Shown piece after piece: positions 47,570 to 61,851 of a stretch of DNA of 64,000 nucleotides. A program made the translations under genes and the position numbers. The stretch spans positions 62,001 through 126,000 of the forward strand of contig NW_024055482.1 in NCBI RefSeq assembly GCF_902713615.1, in the 5' to 3' direction. Origin of the DNA: Scyliorhinus canicula (taxonomy: Eukaryota). Below the pieces are notes generated by a model. The model was not told where the DNA came from, made no database searches, and saw only the letters and a list, made by a program, of their open reading frames with translations. Positions within the stretch are counted from its first letter, which is position 1; every line of letters starts with the position of its first letter.

Positions 47570-50500
47570 TAAATAATTTTTTTTAAAAACTTGCCTCGCA
47601 CATCTACTCTAAACCTATGCCCCCTAGTAATTGACCCCTCTACCCTGGGGAAAAAGTCTCTGACTATCCACTCTGTCTATGCCCCTCATAATTTTTAGAC
47701 CTCTTAATCAGGTCGCCACTCAGCCTTCTTTGTTCCAGTGAGAACAAACCAAGTTTATTCAACCTCTCCTCCTAGCTAATGCCCTCCATACCAGACAGCA
47801 TCCTGGTAAATCTTTTCTGCACCCTCTCTAAAGCCTCCACATCCTTCTGGTAGTGTGGCGACCAGAATTGAACACTACAAGTTTGGCCTAACTAAGATTC
47901 TGTACAGCTGCAACATGACTTGCCAATCTTTCTACTCAATTCCCCGGCTAATGAAGGCAAGCATGCCGTATGCCTTCTTGACTACCTTCTCCACCTGTGT
48001 TGCCCCTTTCAGTAACCTGTGGACCTATACACTTAGATCTCTCTGTTTGTAGGTAAAAATTTCCAGTATCTGTGTGACTGGAGAAGCATTGAGATAGAAC
48101 ATAGAACAGGTCCTTCGGCCCTCGATGTTGTGCCGAGCCTTGTCCAAGATCAAGATCTTGAAAACCAAGATAAAGCTATCCCACTCCCTGTCATTCTGGT
48201 GTGATCCACGTGTCTATCCAATAACCGCTTCAAAGTTCCTAAAGTGTCCAACTCCACTATCACAGCAGGCAGTCCATTCCACACCCTAACCACTCTCTGA
48301 GCAAAGAACCTACCTCGGACATCCCGCCTATATCTCCCACCCTGAACCTTATAGTTATGCCCTCTTGTAACAGCTACATCCATCCGAGGAAATATTCTCT
48401 GAACGTCCACTCTATCCCCCTCATCATGTTATAAACCTCTATTAAGTCGCCTCTCATCCTCCTCCGCTCCAAAGAGAAAAGCCCTAGCTCCCTCAACCTT
48501 TCCTCATAAGACCTATCCTCCAAACGAGGCAGCATCCTGGTAAATCTCCTTTGCACCCTTTCCAATGCTTCCATATCCTTCCTATAGTGAGGTGACCAGA
48601 ACTGCACGCAATACTCCAAATGTGGCCTCACCAGGGTCATGTACAGTTGCAGTATCACCCCACGGCTCTTAAACTCAAGCCCCCTGTTAATAACCGCTAA
48701 CACATTATAAGCCTTCTTCACGGCTCTATCCACTTGAGTGGCAACCTTCAGAGATCTGTGGACATGAACCCCAAGATCTCTCTGTTCCTCCACATTCCTC
48801 AGAACCCTGCCGTTGACCTGTAATCCGCATTCAAATGTTTCCGAACAAAATGAATCACCTCGCACTTATCAGGGTTAAACACCCAGCTGCCATTTTTCAG
48901 CCCAGCTCTGCATCCTATCAATGTCTCTTTGCAGCCTATAACAACCTTCCACCTCATCCACTACTCCACCAATCTTGGTGTCATCAGCGAATTTACTGAC
49001 CCACCCTTCAGCCCCCTCCTCCAAGTCATTGATAACAATCACAAATAGCAGAGCACCCAGCACTGATCCCTGTGGTACACCGCTGTTAACTGGTCTCCAG
49101 TCTGAAAATTTTCCATCCACCACCACACTCTGTCTTCTGTGTGATAGCCAGGTACTGATCCAATTGGCCAAATTTCCCTCCATCCCACACCTCCTTACTT
49201 TCTGCATAAGCCGACCATGGGGAACCTCATCAAACGCCTCACTAAAATCCATGTATACAACATCAACTGATCTACACACTTAGTTACCTCCTCAAAGAAT
49301 TCAATCGAATTTGTGATGCAAGACATACCCTTCACAAATCTGTGTTGACTACCCCGGATTAAGCGGCATCTTTCCAAATGGTCATAAATCCTATCCTTTA
49401 GGACCTTTTCCATTAATTTTCCGACCACCGAAATAAGACTAACCGGCCTATAATTACAAGGTCATTCCTACTTCCTTTCTTGAACAGAGGAACAACATTC
49501 GCCACTCTCCAGTCCTATGGCACTATCCCCGTGGACAGTGAGGACCCAAAGATCAAAGCCAAAGGCTCTGCAATCTCATCCCTTGCCTCCCAAAGAATGC
49601 TTGGATATATCCCATCTGGTCCAGGGGACTTGTCAACCTTAAGGTTTTTCAAAATTGCTAAGACGTCTTTCCTCAGAACATCTACCTCCTCCAGCCTACC
49701 TGCCTGTATCACACACTCATCCTCAAAAACATGTCCCCACTCCTTGGTGAACACTGAAGAAAAGTATTCATTCAACGCCTCTCCTATCTCTTTTGACTCC
49801 ATGCGCAATATCCCACTACTGTCTGTGACCAGCCCTAACCTCACCCTGCTCATTTTAAAATTTCTCACATAAGAGATCATTGATCCAACCCGCCAAGGAC
49901 TTCTCATGCCCTCTCCCAGCTCTCCAAAGCCCTTTTTTTTTACCTCATTCCTTGCTACCTTGTAACCCTCAAGCGATTCAACTGAACCTGGTTTTCTCAT
50001 CCTTGTGCTTCCTTTTTCCTCTTGACAAGACATTCAACCTCTTTTGTGAACCATGGGTCCCTCACACGGCCATTTCCTCCCTGCCTGACAGGGACATACC
50101 TATCAAGAACACGCAGTATTTGTTCCTTCAACAAGCTCCACTTTTCATTCGTGCCTTTCCCTGACAGTTTCTGTTCCCATCTTATGCTCCCTAATTCTTG
50201 CCTAATTGCATCATAATTACCCCTCCCCCAATTATAAACCTTGCCCTGCCGTATGGCCCTATCCCTCTCCATTGCAATAGTGAAAGACACCGAATTGTGG
50301 TCACTTATCTTCAAAGTGCTCTCCCACAAACAAATCTAACACTTGGCCTGGTTCATTACCCAGTACCAAATCCAATGTGGCCCCTCCTCTTGTCGGCCTA
50401 TCCACATATTGTGTCAGGAAACCCTGCTTAACACACTGTACAAAAACTGCCCATCTAAACTGTTCGACCTATAGAGATTCCAATCAATATTTGGAAAGTT

Positions 50501-51070
50501 AAAGTCCCCCATGATAACTACCCTGAGACCTCCACACCTACCCATAATCTGTTTTGCAATTTCTTCCTCCACATCTCTATTACTATTTGGGGGCCTATAG
50601 AAAACTCCTGACAACGTGACCGCTCCTTTCCTATTTCTAACTTCAGCCCATACTACCTCAGTAGGCAGATCCCCCTCAAACTGCCTTTCTGCAGCCATTA
50701 AACTATCCTTGATTAACAATGCTACTCCTCCACCTCTCTTACCACCTTCCCTACTCTTACTGAAACATCTATACCCCGGAACTTCCAACAATCATTCTTG
50801 TCCCTGTTCTAACTATGTCTCCGTAATGCCCACAACATCGTAGTACCAGGTACCAATCCACGCTCCCAAGTTCACCTACCTTATTCCGGATGCTCCTTGC
50901 ATTGAAGTAGACACACTTCAACCCACCTTTCTGTCTGCCGGTACACTCCTGCGCAACCTTGATACCCTCCTCAGTACCTCACTACTCTCAACACTGGCTT
51001 CTGGTCTACGGTTTGTTTTCCCATCCCCCTGACAAATTAGTTTAAAGCCCCCCGAAGAGCCGTAGCAAAT
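47570..51070 (-). mobile_element. Long decayed CR1/HER1-type LINE (about 48095-51070) plus a separate 3' fragment (about 47570-48045)
   Basis: APE motifs (GVFYRPP, GDFNFPNIDW) through RT (GVPQGS, FADD) to an ATAGAAC tail; many frameshifts. Confidence 0.9.
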
Positions 51071-51264
51071 TTCCTTCCCAGGATACTGGTGTCCCTCTGA
51101 TATATAAGAGATATATCTGAGATATATAAAATCCTGGTTAGACACCATCTGGACTGCTGTCATTTAAAAAAAAAAATGCTGGACATCTTCAGCATATCGG
51201 GCAGCGTCTGTGGAGAGAAACACAGTTAATGTTTCAGGTCAGCATCATCTTTCATCAGATCAAG

Positions 51265-52170
51265 AACAGTGTTCCCATTAGGGACAAAGGGGCAATCTGT
51301 AAGTGGAGCCACAGGACATTGGTTGGATGTTGAACGAATGCTTCACATCTGTCTTCACCCAAGGGAATCAGGAGGCAGATATGGAACTCAGACAGAGAGA
51401 CTGAGGTTCCTGAGCAAATTGAGATAGGGAGTGACATGGTATTGGAGGTGTTGGCAGGCTTAAAGGTGGACGAATCTCCAAGACTGGATGAACTGTGTCC
51501 CAGGATGCCGTGAGAGATGAGGGAGGAGACGGCAGGAGCTCTGTCCCAAATTTTTAATTCCTTTCTGGCCACGGAGAGGTGCCAGACGACTGGAGATCAG
51601 CTAATGTGGTCCTACCTTAAGAAAGGTTGTAGAGATAAGCCAGGGAACTACAGACCAGTTAGTCTTGCGTCATTGGTAGGGAAAATATTGGAGAAACTTC
51701 AGAAGGAGAGAGACTTATCTTCACTTGGAGAGGCAAGATTTGATCAGGAATAGTCAGCGCGGCATTGTGAGAGGAAGGTTATGCCTAACAAATTTGAATA
51801 GATTTTTTGAATGTGGCCAGCTGTGTAGATGAGGGTCGTGCAGTTGATGCAGTTTGCTGGATTTCAGCAAAGCCTTTGACAAGATCAGACACAGGAGAAC
51901 ACAAGACCTAGGAGCAGGAGTAGGCCATCTGGCCCCTCGAGCCTGCTCCGCCATTCAATGAGATCATGGACACAGCTCCACTTTCCGGCCCAAAAACCAT
52001 AATCCTTACTTTATAAAGATATTTTGTAAAGAAGGCAAAAGCACATGGGATAGAGGTGACATCATCGGATGGATTAAAGATTGGCTTAGCTGTGGGAGAC
52101 AGAGGGTGATGACAGACGGCTGCTTTAGTGACTGGAAGCCAGTGACCAGCGGCACACCACAGGGATCCAG
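51265..52170 (+). mobile_element. Decayed CR1 fragment with an opposite-strand CR1 tail inserted at about 51890-52010
   Basis: [20 protein letters not shown] peptide. Confidence 0.75.
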
Positions 52171-52663
52171 CATGAATTATTCTGAGTTTCTATCCTGTAC
52201 TGTGGTGACTTTTTAAAATTGTTTTTACAGGATATTAGATGAGGCGAAATTACAGACAGATATCTCAAACATTCTGTCTCGATCTGACAGTCACTCGATT
52301 CCCTGGAACCTGAACATCATCGGCCTTTGAATCAAGAAGGAGAAATGTTTGCCCGAACTATCAGCTAAAGGTTTCAAACATCAGTGTGACTGGCAAAGCA
52401 CCGAGACCCACACAATGCACATCCGAGTGAGAGTGTTCCAGTGAACTGACTGTGGAAACATCATTGTGACTGGAAAAGCACCGAGACCCACACAATGCAC
52501 ATCCGAGTGAGAGTGTTCCAGTGAACTGACTGTGAAAAGATCTTTAATCAGTTGTACAGCCTGGAAAAACATCACAACCTTCACTGCTGGGAGAGTCCGT
52601 ACCCGTATTCTGTGTGTGATAAGGGCATCAACGAACCTGGAGAGACACAAGGTGACCCGCACT

Positions 52664-53173
52664 ATGGGGAAACCGTGGAAATGTGGGGACTGTGGAAAGG
52701 GTTTCAAAGCTCCGTCTGTGCTGGACATTCATCAACGCAGTCACACTGGAGAGAGGCCGTTCACCTGCTCTGACTGTGGGAAGGGGTTCAGTGATTCATC
52801 CAACCTGCTGATGCACCAGCGAGTTCACAGCGGGGTGAGGCCATACACCTGCTGTGATTGTGGGAAGGGATTCAGTCGATCATCCAACCTGCAGTCACAC
52901 CAGCGGGTTCACACTGGTGAGAGGCCATTCGCCTGTTCTGAATGTGGGAAGGTGTTCACTCTGTTATCCCATTTGCAGACACACCAGAGAGTTCACACTG
53001 GGGAGAAGCCATTCACCTGCTCCCAGTGTGACAAAGGATTTACTAATTCATCCAATCTACAGAAACACCAGCGGGTTCACACTGGGGAGAGGCCGTTCAC
53101 CTGCTCTCGGTGTGGGAAGGGATTCACACAGTCAGCCAACCTGAAGACACATCAACGAGTTCACAAGCAATAA
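52664..53173 (+). CDS. C2H2 zinc-finger protein, 6 fingers
   Basis: [13 protein letters not shown]... six CxxC-x12-HxxxH units; exon acceptor TTGTTTTTACAG| at 52230. Confidence 0.85.
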   Translation: MGKPWKCGDCGKGFKAPSVLDIHQRSHTGERPFTCSDCGKGFSDSSNLLMHQRVHSGVRPYTCCDCGKGFSRSSNLQSHQRVHTGERPFACSECGKVFTLLSHLQTHQRVHTGEKPFTCSQCDKGFTNSSNLQKHQRVHTGERPFTCSRCGKGFTQSANLKTHQRVHKQ

Positions 53174-54910
53174 CAGGGGTTGGATTCTGCTGTTATTGCT
53201 GCTGTTATTGCTGCTGTTAATCACATCCAGGACTGATATGCTCACAATTGGTGATGTGGGTGGGTTTCTTTCGGCTGGACTGGCCGGTCTCACAACTTTG
53301 CTTCCAGTTGGTTGATGCTGAGCCTAGGGGAGCACATTTCGACTGAAATGATCCACAAACTGATGATGGACATCTATTTCATCCTGAATAGTGGTGTTTT
53401 TTCCTACCAGTTTAGGTGGATGTTAACATAACTACATTTGTCTCTGTTGCATTGAGTCTACAGCAGAAGCCCAGGCCAGTCGGCTTAATTGGTCTGTCTC
53501 AGTATTAATGCCCCACATGAGTCTCCACCCACCCCTCTACGTCTCCCCCATCAGCATCTCCTAATCTTTTTCCCTCATGTATGTATCTAGCTTTCCTTTC
53601 AATGTATTCATGCTGTTCACCTCAACCACTCGCTGTGGTGGTGAGTTCCACATTCTCATCACTCACTTGGTAACAAGGTTTCTCATGAAATCCCTATTGG
53701 ATTATTGAATCACCTCATAATCTTAAAGACTTCCATTAGGTCACCCTTCCTTCAGTCTTCTCCTTTCTAGAGAAAAGCAATCACAGCCTTTCCTGGGGGT
53801 TAAATGCTCTCAGTCCGGGTATCATTCTTCTGAATCTTTGCTCCTTCTCCAGTACCTCTATTTCCTTTTTCTAAATGGAGATCACCAATGTTGACAGAGC
53901 TCCCAGTGTAGTCGAACCATCGTTTTAAACAAGTTGGACATTTCCTCCGTGCTTTTCAATTCTATCCCTCTGGAATGGAATCCTGTAATATGGGCCCCAC
54001 ACTTTAGGAAAGATGTGAAGTTCTCGGAGAGGGTGCAGAGGAGATTTAAGAGAGTGGTACCAGGGATGAGGGACTTCAGTGAGTTGGAGAGACTGAAGCA
54101 GCTGATATTGTTATTTTGAGGTCAGGAGATCAGAGAAGGCCATTCAGCCTATTGATTCCCCGGAGCAAACTAGTCAGTCCCATTACCCCAATCTATCCCT
54201 GTAGCCCTGCAAGTTTAGATCCCTAAATGCCAATTCAGTTTCTGTTTCAAATTTTCGACTGTCTTCATTCCCACCTCCCTCACAGGCAGCAAGTTCCAGG
54301 TCATTACCATTCGCTGCATCAAAATATTGTCCCACACGCTCCCCCTGCATCTCTTACCCGAAACCTAAAATCTGTGTCCCCCTCATCCTTGTCCCTTCAG
54401 CTAATGGCAACAGCTTTTCTTTATCCACCTTATCTAAACCTGTTCTAATCTTGTCCACCTCTATCAACTCTCCCCTCAACCTCCTTGATGAATCTCTGTC
54501 TCTATTCGGGTACCCTGGATATCCGTTATCCCTTCTCAGTTCCCAAAAAACAGGGGTCAAGTCTGTGTTTTTTGGCAAACTCCACTGGAACTTTATTTTG
54601 TCAGTTGTAGTGCCCACTGGTAGCTTTATTTTCAATACAACAGTTAGAGAGTTCTGACTAGCCCTTTTGCAAGCTAGTCAGATTGATTTGCTTTAGTGAA
54701 TACCGTGGTTGAGTTTTAAAATACAGATCGTGGTAATTCTTCAAATCATAATACACAGTATAAAATGACTGAGCGATTTAAACAAAAGAAAGATGACAAT
54801 TTAGCAAAAGCAACAAGGAAATAGGTTTTAGAAAAAGATAGATTAATTCCGGAATGGGTTTTTCCATCCTGGGTAAGTTATTCTTAAGGAGATTCTTATC
54901 TTAAGGTCTC

Positions 54911-55140
54911 AGGCTAGCAGGATGGTGCAGTGGTAGCACTGCAGTCTCACGGCACTGAGGTCCCAGGTTCGATCCGGACTCTGGGTCACTGTCCGTGTGG
55001 AGTTTGCATATTCTCCCGTATTTGTGTGGGTTTCGTCCCCACAACCTAAAGATGTGCAGGGTAGGTGGATTGAACATGCTAATATTGCCTCTTAATTGGA
55101 AAAATGAATTGGGTACTCTAAATTTTTTATTTTATTTTAA
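54911..55140 (+). mobile_element. SINE with 13-bp target-site duplication
   Basis: ATCTTAAGGTCTC at 54898-54910 and 55141-55153. Confidence 0.88.
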
Positions 55141-56439
55141 ATCTTAAGGTCTCGTCTTCTTTTCACCCCGATTGGCTTTAACTAATTTATAATTCACTCA
55201 ATTCGGCCAAATTGTCTGTCTATCAATTTTAAGAGATATATGAATTTAAATATATTGGTGCCAATTTCTCATTCCATCGCCTGCCAATTTTCTAACTTAT
55301 CCACACGTGCATCGAGACATTATTGGGGAAACACAGTTTTCGCTAAGGAATTATCAGCCCTAGGCTGGATGTTACTACAGAGACGGAACTACCAGTTCTT
55401 AACTGAATAACAATGGGGCCTTTCATCTAGTTGATGTCACTGTTCTTACAATCGTAAGCAAGTCTCAAGCAACTTGCAAAATGTAAAACCTGAGAAAGAA
55501 ATTCGAGCGTGTTATCTGGATTAACCCTTAATGGGTCCCCAGCTATTCGTTGCACTGAAGTAATGCCGACTGTGAGTATAGTTAATTTATTCTTAATGAG
55601 TTCTCATTTAAACTTTTTATATCTGGCAAGAAAAGTCAATTTCTATAACTCCTTTACTCATTGTGAACAACCCCAGCCTGACATCCACAGTAAAGAAAAC
55701 AAAGAATATGTTAATGTCTAAAATCAATTGGGAATGTTTAATTTCTGTTTTAAAGATATTCTGAACATGTTGTCCTGGACAATAAATAAATTGGAATACT
55801 TTCCCTCGGGTGTGTCTCAATGGAATATATCAATCTGGTATCCACCTATGTTCTCGTGAAAGTCTGGAATGTGTAAATGGGATGAATAAGTTCATCACTT
55901 TCTCTTGGAAATATTTACATCCTTGCCCATGAACTTTGTTTTAAAGAAGTCCAGCCACTACATAAAATATCAGCACCGTAACAGGGGGAGATAAGAAAGA
56001 CAGACTCACTTTGGTCTTTTCATCAGCACATCTGAGAGTTAAGAATGTGTGACATGATTTGGGGATACTGGTGTGAGTGTGCAGATGTGATTTGTTACAT
56101 GTGAAAAACAGCAAGTTTAAATTCACAGTGAAATGGGCTGAAGAGCGGGTCCCAAACACACACAGCTACTTGAGACACAGCAGGAGATAAAATGGTTAAT
56201 GTGACCAAGGGATTGAGACAACATTGTGACAGCACCAAGGCATTGACACACACTCCAGAGAGAAACTGACTTTAAAACAATCAATGGCGATGGTGCTTCT
56301 ACCCAGAGTGTAATGGTAATGCTGCTGCACTTAGATACTACTGCTCAGACATTAGTGTGTCTGCTCTTATTTATACTGAATAAAATCTAACCACTGCCAC
56401 CAATAAGGGCTATCACTGAATCATTTCAGAGTTTGGGAA

Positions 56440-57650
56440 AGTCGGGGTGTTAAGGGTCAATACAAATCAGGAGTCGGCCAATCGGCCCCTCGAGTCTGCT
56501 CCACCATTCAATGAAATCAGAGCTAATCTGATTGTGGTCTCAACTCCTTTCCTTCCTCCACCCTTTCACTCTCCTGTCAATCAAGAATCTATCAAATTCA
56601 GCCTTAAAGCAGATTCAATGGCCCTGCCTCCGGCCCTCTCTGGGGAAGAAAGATTCATAGACCCACAGTCATCAGGGGGCAAAATTATCATCAGCATCTT
56701 AAATGGGAGACCCCTTATTTGTAAATGGTGTCCCCTAGTTCTAGTCTCTGCCACAAGGGGAGGCATTCTCTCTCTCAATTCCAGTCAGCGTCTCATGTGT
56801 TTAAATAGGATCATCTTTCGTTCTTCTGAACTGCAATGGATACAGGCCCAACCTGTCAAACCTTTCCTCAGAGGGGAACCCCCTCATTCCGGGTTGTTAA
56901 CCTTCTCTCTACTGCTTCTAATGCTGTATCTCATTACTGAAATAAGGAGACCCAAACGGTACACAGTGCTCTAAATATGGTCCCACGAAGGCCCTGTACA
57001 ACTGCAGCAAAACATCCTTACTTTTTGTTTCCATTTCCTTTGCAATTAACAACAATGCCATTGACCTTCCTAATCATTTGCTGTACCTGCAGACTAACTG
57101 TATCAGGGCACACTGATCCCTCTGTAACTCCAAGTTCTGCAATCTCTCCATTTAAATAATATTGTTTATTTAATACTTCCTGACAAAATGGACAATTCAC
57201 ATTTTCCAAAGTTATGCTCCAGCTGACAGGTTTTTGCCACTCACTTAACCTACTTGTAATCCTTTGCAGATTCCTGAAATCCACTTCACAAATTACTTTC
57301 CTACCTGCCTTTGAGGCATCAGAAAATTTAGCCACCAGACATTCAATCCCGTCATCCAACACATTCATACAGATTGTAAATGGTTGATAGCCCAGCACTG
57401 ATCCTGGTGACATTTCACTTGTCACATCTTACCCACCCAGAAATGACCCATTTATACCTACTGGCTGCTTCCTGTTCGCTAACCAATCCTCTATCATTGC
57501 TGATATGTTGCCCCCACACCATGAGTTCTTATTTTGTGTAATAACCTTTGATGTGACACCTTCGGAAATGATAAAAGCACATCTACAGGTTCCCCTTTAT
57601 TGACATCCCTTGTCACTTCCTCAGAGAACCTTGCTAAATTAGTCAATAAA
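56440..57650 (-). mobile_element. Decayed CR1 fragments
   Basis: PGSVLGYQPF, AKFSDASK and ETRTRGHHLQIRG peptides. Confidence 0.75.
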
Positions 57651-58554
57651 ATGAAATGAAAATCACATTGTCACAAGTAGACTTGAAATGAAGTTGCTGT
57701 GAAAAGCCCCTAGTTGCCACATGCCGGCACCTTTTCGGGGAGGCTGGTATGGGAATTGAACTGTGCTGCTGGCCTGCCTTGGTCTGCTTTCAAAGCCAGA
57801 AATTTAGCCCTGTGCTAAACCAGCCCCTAATGTTCTAGTCATGTTCAGAATGTTCTAGTCAATCACGGTTGATTCCCTGAACCCATTTTCAAACACTGTC
57901 AAAAGAAAAATCAAATTTCCTTTACCCCTCTGGTTCCTTTGCCAATGACCTTAGACGGACTCACTTTCTGTTAAAGAGCCTGTCAAACTCTCACCCACTT
58001 GCCCAAAAGTGAACAAATTTAATCAGGAAAAGTCAACGAATTCAAATATTTTCCTGTGAAAAGTTTATTGATCAAACAGAACATGGTTTAAAAAAAATAA
58101 CAGAAAATTACTTGAGGATCAAAGACAACTAGAGTAACAGGATGTTCACAATATTCTGGTCCCAAATAGTTTCCCTTCAGCTCCTTTGTACCCTGTTCCC
58201 GTGACTCCCCGCTTTGGACACGGGGCACTGAACCGTCAGGCCCTGTCACCCCTCCCCACTGAACCCTGATTGGTTGGAGGTCCAGTTCCCAGTCTGCCTC
58301 TAGCACCTTCCTGTCTCTATTTGCGACGCACATGGCAGTTCCCCAACTGAGGAATAGGCCCCGTTATTGTCAGCTAAATTCAGCCCTCTGCGCCGTCACC
58401 AGGCTGTCATTGACATGAGCAATAGAGACAGAAAGGTGCCTGAGGGTCAAATAGGAAGACAAAACTTGTGGATTTAGACCCCCATAAAGGTCAGCAACGT
58501 TTGAGAAAAAAAATGAAAGGATGACACGATGGGACTTCAAGTTTTATGACTTTT

Positions 58555-59780
58555 GCACTGATAACGGCATCGTTGCCGCTTCCGTCGACGCAGTGTAGCA
58601 CGGGCCCGGGGTGGCGGCGACATTGAGGATCTGGGGGCAGTGGAGATGGCACAGAGGGGAGGCAGGGACTTCAATCTGGGCCCCGATACAGAATAATCAC
58701 TGGTTCGTTCCGGGTAGAATAGACGGGGCGTTCCTAAGTTGGCACAGGGTGGGTATCAAAAGGATGGGGGACGTGTTCATTGATGGGACTTTTGCTCGTC
58801 TGAAGGAGAAATTTGGGCTACCCCCGGGGAATACCTTTAGGTACATGCAGGTTCGTGAAAAAGGTGGGGGAATTCCCACTGCTGCCTGCCCGGAAGATAC
58901 AGGACAGGGTGGTCTCAGGGGTGTGGGTAGGGGATGGCAAGATATTGGAAATATATCAGGAGCTGCAGAAGGCGGAGGAGGCCTCGGTGGAGGAGCTGAA
59001 GGGCAAGTGGGAGGAGGAGCTGGGTGAGGAGCTGGATGAGGGCCTGTGGGCTGACACCCTGGGCAGGGTCAATTCCTCCTCACCTTGCTCCAGGCTCAGC
59101 CTGATATAGTTTAAGGTGGTGCACCGGGCACATATGACAGTGGCGAGAATCAGTATGTTCTTTGGGGTGGAGGATAGGTGTGTGAGGTGCTCAGGGAGCC
59201 TGACAAATCATGTCCATATGTTCTGGGCATGCCCGGCACTTACAGGGTTTTGGAAAGGCTTCGCAAAGGCTATGTCCAAGGTCCTGAACACTCGGGTAAA
59301 ACCGAGCTGGGGGATAGCGATATTTGGGGTATCGGACGATCCGGGAGTGCAGGAGTCGAAAGAGGCCGGAGTTCTGGCCTTTGCCTCCTTAGTAGCCCGG
59401 AGAAGGCTCTTGTTAATGTGGAGGGACGCGAAGCCCCCAAGCGTAGAGGCTTGGGTCAGTGACATGGCGGGATTTCTCAGGTTGGAGAAGATAAAGTTTG
59501 ACTTGCGTGGGTGCTTACAGGGGTTCTCCAGGCGGTGGCAACCGTTCCTTGACTTTCTCGCGGAACATTAGGTGGAGGTCAGCAGCAGCAGCAAACCGGG
59601 GGGAGGGGGGGGGGGGCTTAGGCAGTGGATGGATTTCATTTATAAAGGGCAGATACCCCACCTTATTTTGTTAAATTAAGTTGTTTTCTGTTTTACTGCT
59701 ACGTTTTCTTTTCGTTGTTTTCTTTTTGTAGTACTTTGTAAAAATTATTGAAAACTTTTGAATACAAACAAATTTTTAAA
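58555..59780 (+). mobile_element. 5'-truncated L1 with 16-bp target-site duplication
   Basis: AAGTTTTATGACTTTT at 58539-58554 and 59781-59796; CVRCSGSLTNHVHMFWACP motif; same family as 30066-35552. Confidence 0.9.
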
Positions 59781-61330
59781 AAGTTTTATGACTTTTAATA
59801 CAACAAAAACAAACTAGAAGCTACTTTAACTCGGAAACCTACACGTTAAACTATAAACGAGAACTGTGCCCTTGCAAAATCTAAAATCACACTCCACGAT
59901 TATAGTTACTCTGTCCTGGAAGTCGAAACTTAATTGTGTCAGAACCTGTCCGAAGTGAAGATTCATTCCCGAGGATTTACTTCCGTTCTTCAACCAAGAC
60001 ACCGAGGTAAAAAAAGGGAGAATAGAATAGAATGTGAACTAGCAAAATACATAAAAATGGACTGTAAAAGTTTCTGTGGCTACGTAAAAAGGAAACGTTT
60101 GGCTCAGACAAAGGTTTGTCCGTTCCAGATAGAGTCAGGAGAATTTAGAATGAGGAATAGAGATCTCTACAGCCACCTCGGTCAACACTCTGGGATGTGG
60201 GGATCATCAGCTTTTGGGGATTTATTCACTTTCAGCCCCATTAATTTCTCCAGTGCTACTTTTTCACCAATACTAATCTCTGCCAGTCCCTTGGTTCTCT
60301 GGTGTTTTGGGGACAATTTCTGTATCTTCCTCTGTGAAGACAGCCACACATTGTTTAGTTTCTCTGCATTTCCTTACTCCCCATTATAAACTCTCCCGTC
60401 TCTGCCTGGAATGGACCCACATTGGTCTTTGCTAATCTTTTCCTTTTCACATTCCTGTAGAAGCTTTTCCAGTTGGTTTTTATGTTTCTCGCCAATTTGC
60501 TCACATCGGTTTCTTGATCCTCCTTTGCTGAATTCTAATGGATCTCATGGAATCTTTTAACTTTTCTTGTTAGCCACGGCTACATCATTTTTCCTGTTGG
60601 ATTTTTGTTCCTTAAAGGAATCTATATTTGTTGTATAAGTGTGAAATAAAAGTTGCAAAAATCCCAGAGGACTATAGGCTGCTCTCGCCATTGACAGAGA
60701 GAGAGAGCTGACTGGAGCTGATTTAAGCTGAGGGTCAGCACACCTCAGGCGAGAGGCCTGGCTGAGAAGGCCGGGCCTTCATGAATAAACTCAGCCAGTA
60801 CAGGAGTTGAATCCTCTCTGTTGGCCCCGAACCAGCCGTCCAGCCAACTGAGCTAACCGACCCCTGTTAAATATGTAATAATTCCTTAACCATTAGGTAG
60901 TCCCTGTACCAATCAGTTTCCCAGTCCACCTCAGACATCTTGCCCCTCATACCCGGATAGTTTTCTTCTGTGAGGGACATCCAGATAACTTAAACAAATG
61001 AACCATGTAAACACCAGGGCCCATCTCCATGGCAACGTGGCACGCTTTGGGGGGTTTGAAACAGAAATAGAAACTAAATATCTTCACACTTGCAAACACC
61101 CTTTCACTCTGTGATCCTTGCGCAATTTGAAGCCAGGTTGTAGCAACAAGTCTCAAAGAGCATCAGCCGACTGGAGGCAAAGTGGTGAGACCGGCCAGTC
61201 CAGCAGAAAGAAACCCTCCAACCATCCCCACTGACCACCTGTCAGAATTAACAAAATGCAGTCCTGGGTGTAGAGCAGAAACAGTAACAGCAGAATCCAA
61301 CCCCTGTAATCAATTGTGAAATTGTTGGTG

Positions 61331-61851
61331 TCACAGCAGGTGTGCTGAAACATGCAATCCCGTCTCACATTGAGAGGTGGACGGTGTCTCCCCAGTGTGA
61401 ACTCGCTGATGTCTCCGCAGGGTGGATAACTGAGTAAATCCTTTCCCACACTGAGAGCAGGTGAATGGCCTTTCCCCAGTGTGAACTCGCTGGTGTGTCT
61501 GCAGGTGAGATAACTGAGTGAATCCCTTCCCACACGGAGAGCAGGTGAATGGCCTCTCCCCAGTGTGAACTCGCTGATGTCTCCGCAGGGTGGATAACTG
61601 AGTGAATCCCTTCCCACACGGAGAGCAGGTGAATGGCCTCTCCCCAGTGTGAACTCGCTGGTGGCTCCGCAGGTGGGAAATGTGAGTAAATCCTTTCCCA
61701 CACTGAGAGCAGGTGAATGGCCTCTCCCCAGAGTGAACTCGCTGGTGTGTTTGCAGGGTGGATAATTGAGTAAATCCTTTCCCACATTGAGAGCAGGTGA
61801 ACGGTCTCTCCCCAGTGTGAACTCGCTGGTGTGACTGCAGGTTGAATAAAT
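61331..61851 (-). pseudogene. 3' half of a C2H2 ZNF gene separated by a CR1 insertion (end of finger 4, fingers 5-9, broken finger 10)
   Basis: [11 protein letters not shown] completes the finger begun at 63351 ([10 protein letters not shown]). Confidence 0.88.

Noticed and set aside
52430-52530. TGA at the first Cys position of a finger remnant shared by three ZNF paralogues, as possible selenocysteine
   Set aside because: The same regions contain other stops and frameshifts; shared descent of a dead finger explains it.
54650-59945. Possible LTR/ERV element bounded by GTTCTGAC and GTCAGAAC
   Set aside because: The putative LTRs share no similarity, there is no PBS, and no gag/pol/env peptide is recognisable.
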